In this document: piece after piece, positions 19,430 to 29,460 of the stretch
Position numbering within the stretch: position 1 is the first letter of the stretch
Layout: each line of letters starts with the position of its first letter
Origin: Candidatus Cloacimonadales bacterium
Lineage (GTDB): Bacteria > Cloacimonadota > Cloacimonadia > Cloacimonadales > JAFGVF01
Assembly: GCA_963678315.1 (NCBI GenBank)
Contig: OY782781.1
Coordinates: 2,560,001-2,624,000 of the forward strand
Direction: 5' to 3'
Length of the DNA stretch: 64,000 nucleotides
Notes under the pieces: generated by a model
Seen by the model: the letters and a program-made list of their open reading frames with translations, nothing else
What the model was told of the DNA's origin: nothing
Databases searched by the model: none
Program-made: the position numbers and the translations under genes

Positions 19430-19885
19430 CTACCTCGTTTTTGTAAAGCCTTCCACAGATTTTCTAACAGCATCTCTATAGGTAACCAAAGAGCTGTAAA
19501 TTGTGTCTAACTTTTCTTTTTCTATATATGATAATGCTTCTATTTGATTTTCCAAAATTCTTTTAGATATTTTTTCAGATATTTCTTCACCTTTGCTAGT
19601 TAAATGTACAAACCACTTGCGACGATCTTCTTTGCTATTTACTCTAATTACCAAACCTTTAGCAACTAATCCATCTACAACTCTAGTAACTCTACTATAG
19701 GATACATGTAGGTATTTAGAAAGTTGATTCATGTTTTGATGTTCTTCTTGTGTGTGTAGAAATTGTAGTAATAAGCACTCAATAGAACCAACATGTTCAC
19801 AATATTTAAGATTCAAATCTCTAATTTTCAAATGATTAGTTAAATCGCTTAGCAGTTTCACAAATTTTAAAGCTTTTTTTTCCAT
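19430..19885 (-). CDS. MarR family transcriptional regulator
   Basis: wHTH with VTRVVDGLVAKGLV and EDRR...LT.KG. Confidence 0.9.
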   Translation of the reverse strand: MEKKALKFVKLLSDLTNHLKIRDLNLKYCEHVGSIECLLLQFLHTQEEHQNMNQLSKYLHVSYSRVTRVVDGLVAKGLVIRVNSKEDRRKWFVHLTSKGEEISEKISKRILENQIEALSYIEKEKLDTIYSSLVTYRDAVRKSVEGFTKTR

Positions 19886-20243
19886 AACTCCTCCTGTATG
19901 GTAAACAATTTTCTTTCATTACTCAAATTTTATTTAACAATTTCATAAGATTTTTATTTGTAATATAAACTTGTGCCATATAGGTTAAAACATTCAAATT
20001 TACCTCAAACTGCACGCTTTTATTTTATTTCACAACAATCTTAATTAATTCAATTAAAATTCTTTCAAGATATAATTTTCGTTTCAATATGCATTTTAAA
20101 ACCTCAAATTTATTATTTTTTTCCTCAATATTTTGTAAAGGAAAATTTTAATTTTGTTTATTAATAGTGGAATAGCTAAATAATATTTGACATTTTTAGC
20201 AAGTTTTTTAAATTCTTTAGAAAAGATTAATATGGAGGAGACA

Positions 20244-20648
20244 ATGAAATTAGTTTCTTTTGACCAAGTAGAATTAGAAGACGTAAATGTTGAGGGTGCT
20301 AAAGGTGCTCACATTAGATGGCTTATTTCTCAAAAAGATAATGCTCCGAATTTTGCATTAAGAATGTTCGAGATTGAAGTAGGTGGTCAAACACCTTTCC
20401 ATAAACATCCATGGGAACATGAAGTATTTGTTCTTGAAGGTAATGGAGCACTTGTAACAGACTTAGGAGAAAAAGAGTTTAAAAGATATGATGTAATATA
20501 CGTTGATCCTAGTACTAATCATCAGTTCAAGAACATTGGCGAAACTACAATGAAATTTTTATGTATAATCCCTCATGAACCATATAAAGTAGAAAATAAA
20601 AAGAAAGCAGTTAATCCATTTGCTAGTGGACAGGCTAACAACTGCTAA
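20244..20648 (+). CDS. cupin-domain protein
   Basis: TPFHKHPWEHEVFVLEG and HQF motifs; GGAGGAG RBS before ATG 20244. Confidence 0.88.
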   Translation: MKLVSFDQVELEDVNVEGAKGAHIRWLISQKDNAPNFALRMFEIEVGGQTPFHKHPWEHEVFVLEGNGALVTDLGEKEFKRYDVIYVDPSTNHQFKNIGETTMKFLCIIPHEPYKVENKKKAVNPFASGQANNC

Positions 20649-20664
20649 TAAATAGGAGTTAATT

Positions 20665-21738
20665 TTGGAAAACAATTTAAAAGAATTTTATAAAAGTATG
20701 GTTACAGCACAAAGTCCATCTGGCTTTGAATATGCTGGACAAAAAGCTTATTATGATTTCGTAAAAGAATACGCTGATACAATGCAAGTTGATATCAATG
20801 GCAATGTAACAGCTACTAAGAAGGGTAAATCTGATTTCTCAGTTATGATAGCAGGTCATGGTGATGAAATAGGATTTATGGTTAACTACATTGATAGTGA
20901 TGGATATGTCTATGTTAAAGTTATTGGTGGACTTGATGTAACAATTCTTCCAGGGTTAAGATTAAGCATTATCCATGAAGATCAAGTAGTTAGAGCTGTA
21001 ATCGGTAAGAAAGCAGCCCACATGGTTAAATCTGGAGATAAAGCTCCTTCAAAAATAGAAGAACTTTGGTTAGATATCGGTGCTAAGAACAAAGAAGAAG
21101 CTGAAAAAAGAGTTTCAATAGGTGATCCTGTTACTTTCACACCTGGCTATGAAGAACTTACTGATGATATAGTTGTTAGTAAAGCTGCTGACAACAAAAC
21201 AGGTGTTTTTGTTGCTGGACTTGTTCAATATTACCTAGCACAAATGGAAGAAAATGTGCTACCTACAGTTCATTCTGTTTCTACAGTATGTGAAGAATCT
21301 AATGGTAAAGGCGCATACACTGTTGCTGAAACATTAAAGCCTACTATCGGTATCGCAGTTGACGTTACTTTCGCAACCGATCATCCTGGTGTTGATAAGA
21401 AAGTTTGGGGTGAAGTTAAAATCGGTGGTGGACCTGTTATCGGAATGGGGTCTTCACTTAACCCTAAAGTATGGAAAATGCTCATTGAAACAGCTAAAGA
21501 GAATGACATTCCTTACCAACTAAGTGTTGATACTAACAGAACCGGTACTGATGCTGATTCATTCTTTAAACTAAATGGTGGTATTGCTACTTCTGTTATC
21601 TCAATTCCTAACAGATATATGCACTCTCCTAATGAAGTTATCTCACTTTCTGATTTAGAAAACACAGCAAAACTAATCTTCGAATTCATTAAGAAAATAG
21701 ATGAAGATATAGATCTTTATCCTTTCCACTTAGATTAA
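20665..21738 (+). CDS. M42 family metallo-aminopeptidase
   Basis: SPSGFE, GHGDEIG, ADNK, CEE, GTDAD, RYMHSP; TTG start after AGGAG. Confidence 0.9.
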   Translation: MENNLKEFYKSMVTAQSPSGFEYAGQKAYYDFVKEYADTMQVDINGNVTATKKGKSDFSVMIAGHGDEIGFMVNYIDSDGYVYVKVIGGLDVTILPGLRLSIIHEDQVVRAVIGKKAAHMVKSGDKAPSKIEELWLDIGAKNKEEAEKRVSIGDPVTFTPGYEELTDDIVVSKAADNKTGVFVAGLVQYYLAQMEENVLPTVHSVSTVCEESNGKGAYTVAETLKPTIGIAVDVTFATDHPGVDKKVWGEVKIGGGPVIGMGSSLNPKVWKMLIETAKENDIPYQLSVDTNRTGTDADSFFKLNGGIATSVISIPNRYMHSPNEVISLSDLENTAKLIFEFIKKIDEDIDLYPFHLD

Positions 21739-21758
21739 TTAATGTTTATATAAATATT

Positions 21759-21789
21759 AAAGAGTGCAGATAATTACTGCACTCTTTTT
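21759..21789. terminator. bidirectional terminator
   Basis: AAAGAGTGCAG...CTGCACTCTTT between convergent genes. Confidence 0.8.
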
Positions 21790-21815
21790 ATATATAAAGT
21801 TTTACACTGTCAATT

Positions 21816-23651
21816 CTACTCTACAGTCACAGACTTAGCAAGATTCCTTGGTTGGTCAACGTCAAGCCCTCTCAAATCTGCTACATGATAAGCAAGTAAT
21901 TGCAGAGGTATAACTGAAAGAATCGGTTGTAATTCTGCTTCTGTTTTTGGGATTATAAGAACGTCTTCTGACATTTCTTGAAGCTGTTCATCCTCTTCTG
22001 TTATGACAGTAAACAATCTACCTTTTCTAGCTACCACTTCTTGCAGATTAGAGATAATCTTATCATACAGTTCATCTTGTGGAGCTATTGCTACTACTGG
22101 CATATTTTCATCTATAAGAGCAATTGGGCCATGCTTCATCTCAGCTGCAGGATATCCCTCAGCATGAATGTAAGATATTTCTTTTAACTTTAAAGCTCCC
22201 TCTAGTGCTACTGGATAATGAAGGTCTCTTCCAAGATACAAAGCATTATCTGAATCCTTAATTTTTTCTGCTATTGCAGCTATTTTATCATTAAGCTTAA
22301 GTATTTCATCTATCTTGGCGGGTAATTCTTTTAGACCACGAATCAGCCTCATTCCATCAACAGTAGAGATATTTCGCATTCTACCAAAGAGAAGTCCTAA
22401 AAGAGCTAGAATAGTCACTTGTGAAGTAAATGCCTTAGTAGAAGCAACGCCTATTTCTGCTCCAGCATAGATATACACCCCACCATCTGATTCTCTAGCA
22501 ATAGTAGAACCGATGCCATTTGTTATTCCCATAACCTTAGCACCCTTTGCCCCTGCTTCTCGCATGGCTGCTAGTGTATCAGCAGTTTCACCTGATTGAC
22601 TAACCACAAAGACAAGTGTATCATCTTCAATGATTGGGTTTCGATAGCGATATTCACTAGCATATTCAACTTCAACATGCATTCTTGCTAATCTTTCTAT
22701 GATATACTTGCCTAGCAAACAAGAATAGTAAGAAGTTCCGCATGCTAGCAGTTGAAGTCTCTTAACTCTTCTTAAGTCATGAGCTTGCATATTCAAGCCA
22801 TTTAGTCTAGCAGTAGCCATATCATCATATAATCTACCACGAAAAGCATGTCTGACCGTTGTTGCTTGCTCAAATATCTCTTTTAGCATAAAGTGTTTGA
22901 ATCCACCTTTTTCCACTGATGAAGCTTCCCACTCTACGGTTGATATTTCAGGATCAACAGCAACATTATCGAGTGTTTTAATTTCAAAGTTATCTTCTTT
23001 TATAGTGACAATTTCCCTGTCATTTAAGTAAATAACTCTATTAGTATGAGTAAGAATTGCATTAACATCAGAAGTTAAGAAATAAGCATCATCTGAAACA
23101 CCTAGAATAAGAGGTGAACCTTTTCTAGCTGCGATAATTTGCTCAGGACAGTCTTGGCATATTACGGCAATACCATAAGTACCTTCAACTAGTTTGAGGG
23201 CTGATTTAACAGCTTCTTCAAAATCACTTAGTTTATGATAGAAGTGTCCAATAACATGTGCTAATATTTCTGTATCTGTTTGACCTTCAACGAAGTCATC
23301 AAATCCAACAAGCTTGTCTCTTAGCTGTTTATAGTTTTCTATAATACCATTATGAACAACAGCAATTTTCTTATATTTATCATGATGAGGATGAGCATTA
23401 ATTTTGTTAGGTTCCCCGTGAGTTGCCCAACGTGTATGAGCTATAGCAATTTTAGAATAAGTCTCAGTTGGAGTAGGTAAACTTGATTCCATCTCAATTA
23501 TTTTACCTTTTTCTTTGAATATCTTCAGTTTATTATCATTACAAATTGCAATCCCTGAAGAGTCGTAACCTCTATATTCTAACTTTTTTAAAGCAGCTAA
23601 TACAATTGGAACTGCACTTTTCTTTCCTAAATATCCAACAATTCCACACAT
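21816..23651 (-). CDS. glmS: glutamine-fructose-6-phosphate transaminase
   Basis: MCGIVG, HTRWATHG, SQSGETADT, C-terminal RNLAKSVTVE. Confidence 0.98.
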   Translation of the reverse strand: MCGIVGYLGKKSAVPIVLAALKKLEYRGYDSSGIAICNDNKLKIFKEKGKIIEMESSLPTPTETYSKIAIAHTRWATHGEPNKINAHPHHDKYKKIAVVHNGIIENYKQLRDKLVGFDDFVEGQTDTEILAHVIGHFYHKLSDFEEAVKSALKLVEGTYGIAVICQDCPEQIIAARKGSPLILGVSDDAYFLTSDVNAILTHTNRVIYLNDREIVTIKEDNFEIKTLDNVAVDPEISTVEWEASSVEKGGFKHFMLKEIFEQATTVRHAFRGRLYDDMATARLNGLNMQAHDLRRVKRLQLLACGTSYYSCLLGKYIIERLARMHVEVEYASEYRYRNPIIEDDTLVFVVSQSGETADTLAAMREAGAKGAKVMGITNGIGSTIARESDGGVYIYAGAEIGVASTKAFTSQVTILALLGLLFGRMRNISTVDGMRLIRGLKELPAKIDEILKLNDKIAAIAEKIKDSDNALYLGRDLHYPVALEGALKLKEISYIHAEGYPAAEMKHGPIALIDENMPVVAIAPQDELYDKIISNLQEVVARKGRLFTVITEEDEQLQEMSEDVLIIPKTEAELQPILSVIPLQLLAYHVADLRGLDVDQPRNLAKSVTVE

Positions 23652-23652
23652 T

Positions 23653-25767
23653 TTAATTTACCTCTTCTATCTTTTCAAAACCATTATTGATTTTGTATAT
23701 AAGTGCGTTTACTCCTACAAATATTGCTATTGCCGCAATCAATACCGATATAGACATTACATTAGTTCCTTCTAGGTACTTATTTATCATCTCTAAAGGT
23801 ATAAAACTCTGAGCTAAGAGAATACCAACAGCATTATTCAAGAAATGAGCTAGCATTGGCGAGAATATAGATTTTGTAGAATATAGCAAATATCCTAACC
23901 ATATACCTAACAGACTTATTGGTATTATTTTATAAACATCCAAATGGAAGATTGCAAACATTACCCCAGTTGCAATTATAGATAGCCATACTCCTTTCTT
24001 CTCAAAGAAGCGAGGCAATAATCCTCTAAAGAGGGCTTCTTCAAAAATGGCAGGAACTACAGCAATTACAAGTATAAGAATGTGTAATGGTGCATCTTGT
24101 CCAGACATTAAATCTACTAAAGCACCAAACTGATTTTCAGGTATTGGGAACAGTAAATCTACAAGTTTAGTTAACCATGCAGCAATAACTAACGCAGGAA
24201 TAGTAGCTATTGGGATAAGTAAGAAGTTAACAACTTTAGTCTTGTTATATCTTAAGAATCCTGCTGGACCTCCAAACAATGTATTTTGAATTTCATCTTT
24301 TTTCTTAGCATATAATGTTCTAACAAGAAGAAGTACTGGCAAACCTAATAATAGAATTTGAGATTTTACTAATCCTAGCATTAATTTAGATTGAACAACC
24401 TTGCCATCTACAAATCCCTCTCTTTGCCAAGAGAAGCCTATATAATACATTAACAAGATTGCTACAAAGTAAAGCAACATTCCCATTCCAGGATTTATAA
24501 GTTGGAATTTATTCTTTTTAAGTCCCTTGAAAGAAGTCTCGGTCTGTGTTCTAAAAAGAACATTTTCAGTATTAAAGACTTTAATTGTCATATATATTGC
24601 TATAATATTCAATAAGATAGTTGAACCTACTGTAACTCCAAAGTGTAAGTAGTTTACTCCAGAAAGCATTATTTCTTTGAATAGAAGTGCTATATTAATC
24701 ACTGGAATGAAAGCAATACCAATATTCATCTCAAAACCAGGGAACATGGAAATCATAGCTAACATCATAGAAACCATTATAATTGGACTTTCATAGCTTC
24801 TTGCTTCTTTCATGTTTCTTGAATATGTTGAGATAATTAAAAGTACTGCACTAAAGAAAAGAACTACAGGAAGTAGTGATAGCAGTATCCAAACAAATGC
24901 TGATACCGGAATATTTGCACCAATTGCTGAGACACCACTCTGTGACAGTAAGTGTTTAAATGAGAAGTACATACTTGCCATATTAACTACCACATTAACT
25001 AAACTAGCAGTTACAATAGTTAAGAACTTACCGACAACAATCTCATTCCTTGAAACAGCTGATACAAGCAAAGTTTCTAAAGTCTTTCTTTCTTTTTCAC
25101 CTGCTACTAAATCAGTTGCTACTACTGCCCCACCTGTAATTAATAGCATTATTAACAAGTATGGTAAGAACCTTCCCATTATCATACCCATCATTTGCTG
25201 AGATGAAGCTAAATTAACTTCTTCCTCATGGAATGGATTAAGGAAACTATCATCTAACTCTTTACCACTTAATTTATTAACTCTCACATGTAACAAATCC
25301 TTTTCAAACTTGCTCATGTGCTTTTTCAATTCTTTTAATGCCATTTCAGCTTTATCATCTGACCTATCATACCTAAACTGAAAATAATATGAGTTTGGTT
25401 GACTTGTAGATATTGAATCTAATCTAACAATGGCATGTATTGTACCATCTTTAATTAATGAATCAAGTTCTGTGCTATCAGGGTATATCTTTATATTTTC
25501 ATCTAATTCTAGACCATTTCTAATATTCGTGATTAAATCAATAGTTTCTTGATTTTCATAATTTTGTACATCAAAATTCTCTAAAGCTACAACTTTTGTC
25601 TCTTCTTGTAGCTTTTGTGTCTGACGTTGCATCAATGAAGAAGCTCCGATAAATATAAGAGGATAGAGAATAATTGGTAAGAGAATAGTTGAGAATAAGG
25701 TACGTTTATCACGATATAATTCTAACAACTCTTTGAGGTATATCTTTTTAATTTTATTCATGTTCAT
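23653..25767 (-). CDS. NatB-like ABC permease fused to a CPBP/CAAX intramembrane protease
   Basis: AGEKERKTLETLL (NatB-type); C-terminal EEALFRG, FAIFH, AHFLNN (CPBP). GAGGAGG RBS supports start at 25767. Confidence 0.87.
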   Translation of the reverse strand: MNMNKIKKIYLKELLELYRDKRTLFSTILLPIILYPLIFIGASSLMQRQTQKLQEETKVVALENFDVQNYENQETIDLITNIRNGLELDENIKIYPDSTELDSLIKDGTIHAIVRLDSISTSQPNSYYFQFRYDRSDDKAEMALKELKKHMSKFEKDLLHVRVNKLSGKELDDSFLNPFHEEEVNLASSQQMMGMIMGRFLPYLLIMLLITGGAVVATDLVAGEKERKTLETLLVSAVSRNEIVVGKFLTIVTASLVNVVVNMASMYFSFKHLLSQSGVSAIGANIPVSAFVWILLSLLPVVLFFSAVLLIISTYSRNMKEARSYESPIIMVSMMLAMISMFPGFEMNIGIAFIPVINIALLFKEIMLSGVNYLHFGVTVGSTILLNIIAIYMTIKVFNTENVLFRTQTETSFKGLKKNKFQLINPGMGMLLYFVAILLMYYIGFSWQREGFVDGKVVQSKLMLGLVKSQILLLGLPVLLLVRTLYAKKKDEIQNTLFGGPAGFLRYNKTKVVNFLLIPIATIPALVIAAWLTKLVDLLFPIPENQFGALVDLMSGQDAPLHILILVIAVVPAIFEEALFRGLLPRFFEKKGVWLSIIATGVMFAIFHLDVYKIIPISLLGIWLGYLLYSTKSIFSPMLAHFLNNAVGILLAQSFIPLEMINKYLEGTNVMSISVLIAAIAIFVGVNALIYKINNGFEKIEEVN

Positions 25768-26518
25768 GAGGAACCTCCTCACCATAAGTTTTATTGACAT
25801 AATGGATAAAGATATCATCTAAATCTTGGAGTTGTGTCTCTTCTCTAAGGAATTCTAAAGTACCTTGAGCCAAGAGTTTCCCCTTGTGTATCATTACAAT
25901 TCTATCTGCCAATCTTTCAGCTTCTCTCATTATGTGAGTTGAAAAAAGAACGCTCTTACCTTGGTCTTTGGTTCTCTTAATAAAATCAACAATATTCTTA
26001 GCTGTGAGAATATCCAAGCCTGAGGTTGGTTCATCAAGAATCATCACTGGTGGATTATGAATAATAGATCTTACAATTGATACCTTCTGCCTCATACCAG
26101 TAGAAAGAAAATCTATTTTTTTGTCCAAGAAAGAGTTCATATCTAGCATATCAGCTAATTCTTTAATCTTGCTGTCAGTCTCTACTCTAGAAAGACCATA
26201 TAGATCACCAAAATACCTCAAAAACTCTGTAACTTTTAATCGAGTATATAAACCTGTATCTCCTGACAAGAAACCTAAATTTCGTCTTACTCCATCTGCT
26301 TGTGTGACGATATCATAACCTTCAATCTCAGCAGAACCAGATGTTGGCTTAAAAACTGTAGATAAAATACGCATAGTAGTAGTTTTACCTGCCCCGTTTA
26401 CACCAAGCAAACATACAATTTCACCCTTCTGAACATCAAATGATAAATTATCTACTGCTGTAAATAACTCTCCATCTTTCTGAACAAACTTTTTTGTAAG
26501 ATTCTTTACTTCTATCAT
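25754..26518 (-). CDS. NatA-like ABC ATP-binding protein
   Basis: GVNGAGKT, LSTGMRQK, ILDEPT, STH. Confidence 0.92.
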   Translation of the reverse strand: MIEVKNLTKKFVQKDGELFTAVDNLSFDVQKGEIVCLLGVNGAGKTTTMRILSTVFKPTSGSAEIEGYDIVTQADGVRRNLGFLSGDTGLYTRLKVTEFLRYFGDLYGLSRVETDSKIKELADMLDMNSFLDKKIDFLSTGMRQKVSIVRSIIHNPPVMILDEPTSGLDILTAKNIVDFIKRTKDQGKSVLFSTHIMREAERLADRIVMIHKGKLLAQGTLEFLREETQLQDLDDIFIHYVNKTYGEEVPHEHE

Positions 26519-26659
26519 AATTCCTCTTTGTTCATTATTTACTATATTTTTAGATATTTACTAATGTTGAATATTGTCAATATTTTTGTGGCTACTTCGA
26601 GGAATAAGCTCAGAAATATACTCTTTTATTAATTTCTACCGTTACCAGTCTACCTTCTT

Positions 26660-26724
26660 CCTTACTTGCCACCTTGAAAAAAAGCCGATTTTTCAAGGAG
26701 GCGCTTAAGCTAGGAGTTAGTTAG
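26660..26724. repeat. palindromic repeat (CCTCC...GGAGG family), inverted relative to the 7.7 kb copy
   Basis: CCTTACTTGCC.CCTTGAAAAA...TTTTTCAAGGAGGC followed by AGGAGTTAG. Confidence 0.78.
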
Positions 26725-26729
26725 AAGGA

Positions 26730-27101
26730 GCGTAAGCATCCACCGATAGGTTGAACGAAGTTCATGCTTACGCAAATTATTTCTTTTCGTAGCCAGGGAT
26801 GGCTACAATCCCAAGAATTTTCGTAGTCGTGGACCGTGTCAGGCTAGACTGATGGCTACAATCCCAGTTTCCCTCGGAGTGTAAGCATCCACCGATAGGT
26901 TGAACGAAGTTCATGCTTACGCAAATTATTTCTTTTCGTAGCCAGGGATGGCTACAATCCCAAGACTTTTCGTAGCCATGGACCGTGTCAGGCTAGACTG
27001 ATGGTGATGGCTACAATCCCAGTTTCCCTCGGAGTGTAAGCATCCACCGATAGGTTGAACGAAGTTCATGCTTACGCAAATTATTTCTTTTCGTAGCCAG
27101 G
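26730..27101. repeat. tandem ~149 bp composite-hairpin array, left part (units 1, 2 and start of 3)
   Basis: GTAAGCATCCACCGATAGG starts at 26732, 26881 and 27036 (periods 149 and 155; extra TGATGG in unit 2). Confidence 0.95.
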
Positions 27102-27170
27102 TGTCAAGAGAAGTTTAAAATGTTACACTTTTGGAAGTATAAACTGTTACACTTTGGTTAAAAAAATAAG

Positions 27171-27899
27171 TTAAATTTTACCTTTCATTCTATAGCTATC
27201 ACCATCCATCGTGATTAGCTGTGCATGGTGTAGAAGTCTATCTAATATTGCTGAAGTAATAACATTATCTCCAAAAGCAGATCCCCACTCTTGAAATAGT
27301 TTGTTTGATGTTATAACAATAGATCTAAATTCATATAGTTCGCTAACTAGTTTAAAGAACATACTTGAAGATATTTCCTTTATTGGTAAATAGCCGATTT
27401 CATCAATAATTATTAATTCATTTTTACATAGTTTCTTAATAAACTCTTTCAGGCTTTTCTCATTGGATGCTATTAACATATCATCTAGTAAATCATTAAA
27501 TGTGTAAAATTTTACATTATATCCCTTTTGTATTGCTTCATATCCCAAAGCTAATGCTATATGCGTTTTACCAACTCCAGGAGGTCCCATAAATATCTTA
27601 TTTTCTCTGTTATCTATCCAATCAAAATCCAACCACTCATTGACCATCCTTTTAGTTACACTGTGTTGATATTTATAATCAAACTCTTCAAATGTCTTTA
27701 CTGAAGGGAAATTTGACCTTTTTATTTTTAGCTTAATAGCTGTTTGATTTCTGCTATTAACTTCATTTCTGATAATATACGATAAAAACTGCTGATTAGA
27801 GAGTTCTTTCTCTCTTCCATGCTGTAAATATGATTCAATGTTATTGAGTATATGTCGACACCTTATCCTGAATAAATCTTTCTTTAATTGTTCCATCAT
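27171..27899 (-). CDS. istB: IS21 helper AAA+ ATPase
   Basis: GPPGVGKTH, IIDEIGY, ITSN, AILDRLLHH, GDSYR. Confidence 0.96.
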   Translation of the reverse strand: MMEQLKKDLFRIRCRHILNNIESYLQHGREKELSNQQFLSYIIRNEVNSRNQTAIKLKIKRSNFPSVKTFEEFDYKYQHSVTKRMVNEWLDFDWIDNRENKIFMGPPGVGKTHIALALGYEAIQKGYNVKFYTFNDLLDDMLIASNEKSLKEFIKKLCKNELIIIDEIGYLPIKEISSSMFFKLVSELYEFRSIVITSNKLFQEWGSAFGDNVITSAILDRLLHHAQLITMDGDSYRMKGKI

Positions 27900-29380
27900 T
27901 TTTTTACCATCCTATCATAATCTGATAAATCTCTTGCTAGTTTTGAACTACTTGTGTTATTATTACTTTGGTTGTTTTGTATATAATCATTTATCTTTAA
28001 TTGCTTTGTGAGAGCTTCAAGAACATTTTCAACTTTGCTTGCGCGTAGTTGTGAAAATGCTAAAGATTGATTAATTACAAAATTCCAGTCAAGACGGTTA
28101 TATTCATTATATAGCCGTCTTATTGCTCTTAATTGTTCTCGTGGGTGACTTGTGTTTTCTTTTAAAATCCTGGTCACAAAAACGTCATAATTTTGATATC
28201 CTTTCAGAAGTTCTAAAACGTCATCCTTTAGAGTTTCTAATTTTTCTGAATAATCAATATAATGTGCTTGATTTATAGTCGGCTTTGACTTTCCATATTT
28301 TACAGAATGACTAGCTACTTGTGCTAGTGTTAAGCTATCTATTATCAAAAGTTTGCTATTTAATTCTTCTACTAAAACTTCTTTTTTTTGATAAATATAA
28401 GGAACTGAATATTTATTACCTTTCCAAGATATTATTCCTTGTTTATCTACTTTTCTCAATACTCTATTGTTTGGTATATAAGTTCTCATTAAATCCTTTT
28501 CAGCTTTAAATACTTCTGTCGGAATTTCTAAAGTTGTGCTATGCTCTCTATTATTTACCATTTCAAACCAATCTTTTGAACGCATTTCTATCTCACTTAA
28601 CCCTGAAAACTTATCTCCATAAAGAAAATCTTCTTTTACTTCTCTTACATGGCGTTCCACAAGTCCTTTAGTTTGAGGGTCATAACCTTCGCATATATAA
28701 TAGTTTAAATTGTGTTTGTTTAGGAACTGTTCAAATAGTTTATTTAACCATACTTCCCTATATTTTTCTCTTATTACAACTAACTTTGTTTGGTCATAAA
28801 CTAATTGCTTTGGTAAGCATCTAAAATAATTAAAACAGGCTTCATGAGCTTGTATAAAATCATTAGTATTATATGGTCTTAATTGGAAATGAGCATACAC
28901 CATTCTTGAGTATGAGATTTTAAAGGCTACAAAATAAACTTTTATCTTTTCACCTGTTGTGAGTAATACTTTTTGTTCTCCCGGATCTACTTGTATCTGT
29001 ACTCCTGGTTCATACGTTACAGGGGTAAAATAACGTCTACAACGAGGCTTTATTGCTTCTTTGAGTTTATTTATGTAATTCGAAAATGCTCGCTCTGATA
29101 TAACTATATCGGGGTATTTCTTTTGGAATTTACGATGAAGTTTGGTTGTGCGTATTCGTGGATATTCCTTAATCCAAAGGCTTAACAACTCTTTATAAGA
29201 CTCTAAAATACTGTTTCGTCTAAAGATATTGCTCTTATATTCTGTATAATCTTTTAACGACATCTTTCTGAACTTCTGCACTGTCGTTGGTGATATAGCT
29301 AATTGCCTAGCTGTTTCTCTTACACTTAAGTTTAAATTCTGACACGATTTTATCTTGTGATACATGCTTTCCTCTATCAT
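27896..29380 (-). CDS. istA: IS21 DDE transposase
   Basis: N-terminal HTH, PGVQIQVD, YDQTK, PQTKGLVE, YSVP; 4-bp overlap with istB; GAGG RBS supports ATG 29380. Confidence 0.95.
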   Translation of the reverse strand: MIEESMYHKIKSCQNLNLSVRETARQLAISPTTVQKFRKMSLKDYTEYKSNIFRRNSILESYKELLSLWIKEYPRIRTTKLHRKFQKKYPDIVISERAFSNYINKLKEAIKPRCRRYFTPVTYEPGVQIQVDPGEQKVLLTTGEKIKVYFVAFKISYSRMVYAHFQLRPYNTNDFIQAHEACFNYFRCLPKQLVYDQTKLVVIREKYREVWLNKLFEQFLNKHNLNYYICEGYDPQTKGLVERHVREVKEDFLYGDKFSGLSEIEMRSKDWFEMVNNREHSTTLEIPTEVFKAEKDLMRTYIPNNRVLRKVDKQGIISWKGNKYSVPYIYQKKEVLVEELNSKLLIIDSLTLAQVASHSVKYGKSKPTINQAHYIDYSEKLETLKDDVLELLKGYQNYDVFVTRILKENTSHPREQLRAIRRLYNEYNRLDWNFVINQSLAFSQLRASKVENVLEALTKQLKINDYIQNNQSNNNTSSSKLARDLSDYDRMVKK

Positions 29381-29460
29381 GGTTATCCTCAAAATTTGTA
29401 TTTTGAGGAGTGTACCATTTTATACTTCCATTACTGTACCACTTTATAATTCTATTAACA

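Larger units (their letters stand above)
27102..29460 (-). mobile_element. complete IS21-family insertion sequence, 2359 bp
   Basis: TG...CA ends, ~50 bp imperfect IRs with internally repeated sub-motifs, CCAGG duplicated at 27097-27101 and 29461-29465, istA-istB. Confidence 0.95.

Noticed and set aside
19886..20240. Hidden RNA gene in the marR-cupin intergenic region
   Set aside because: Very AT-rich with no stable stems; consistent with divergent promoters.
23651..23700. glmS ribozyme
   Set aside because: glmS begins 1 bp after the upstream stop, so there is no leader.
24812..25201. Antisense ORFs within long genes (this one and e.g. 32090-32392, 35302-35610, 39738-40103, 51154-51432)
   Set aside because: They are shadow frames fully overlapping well-supported genes and have no motifs.
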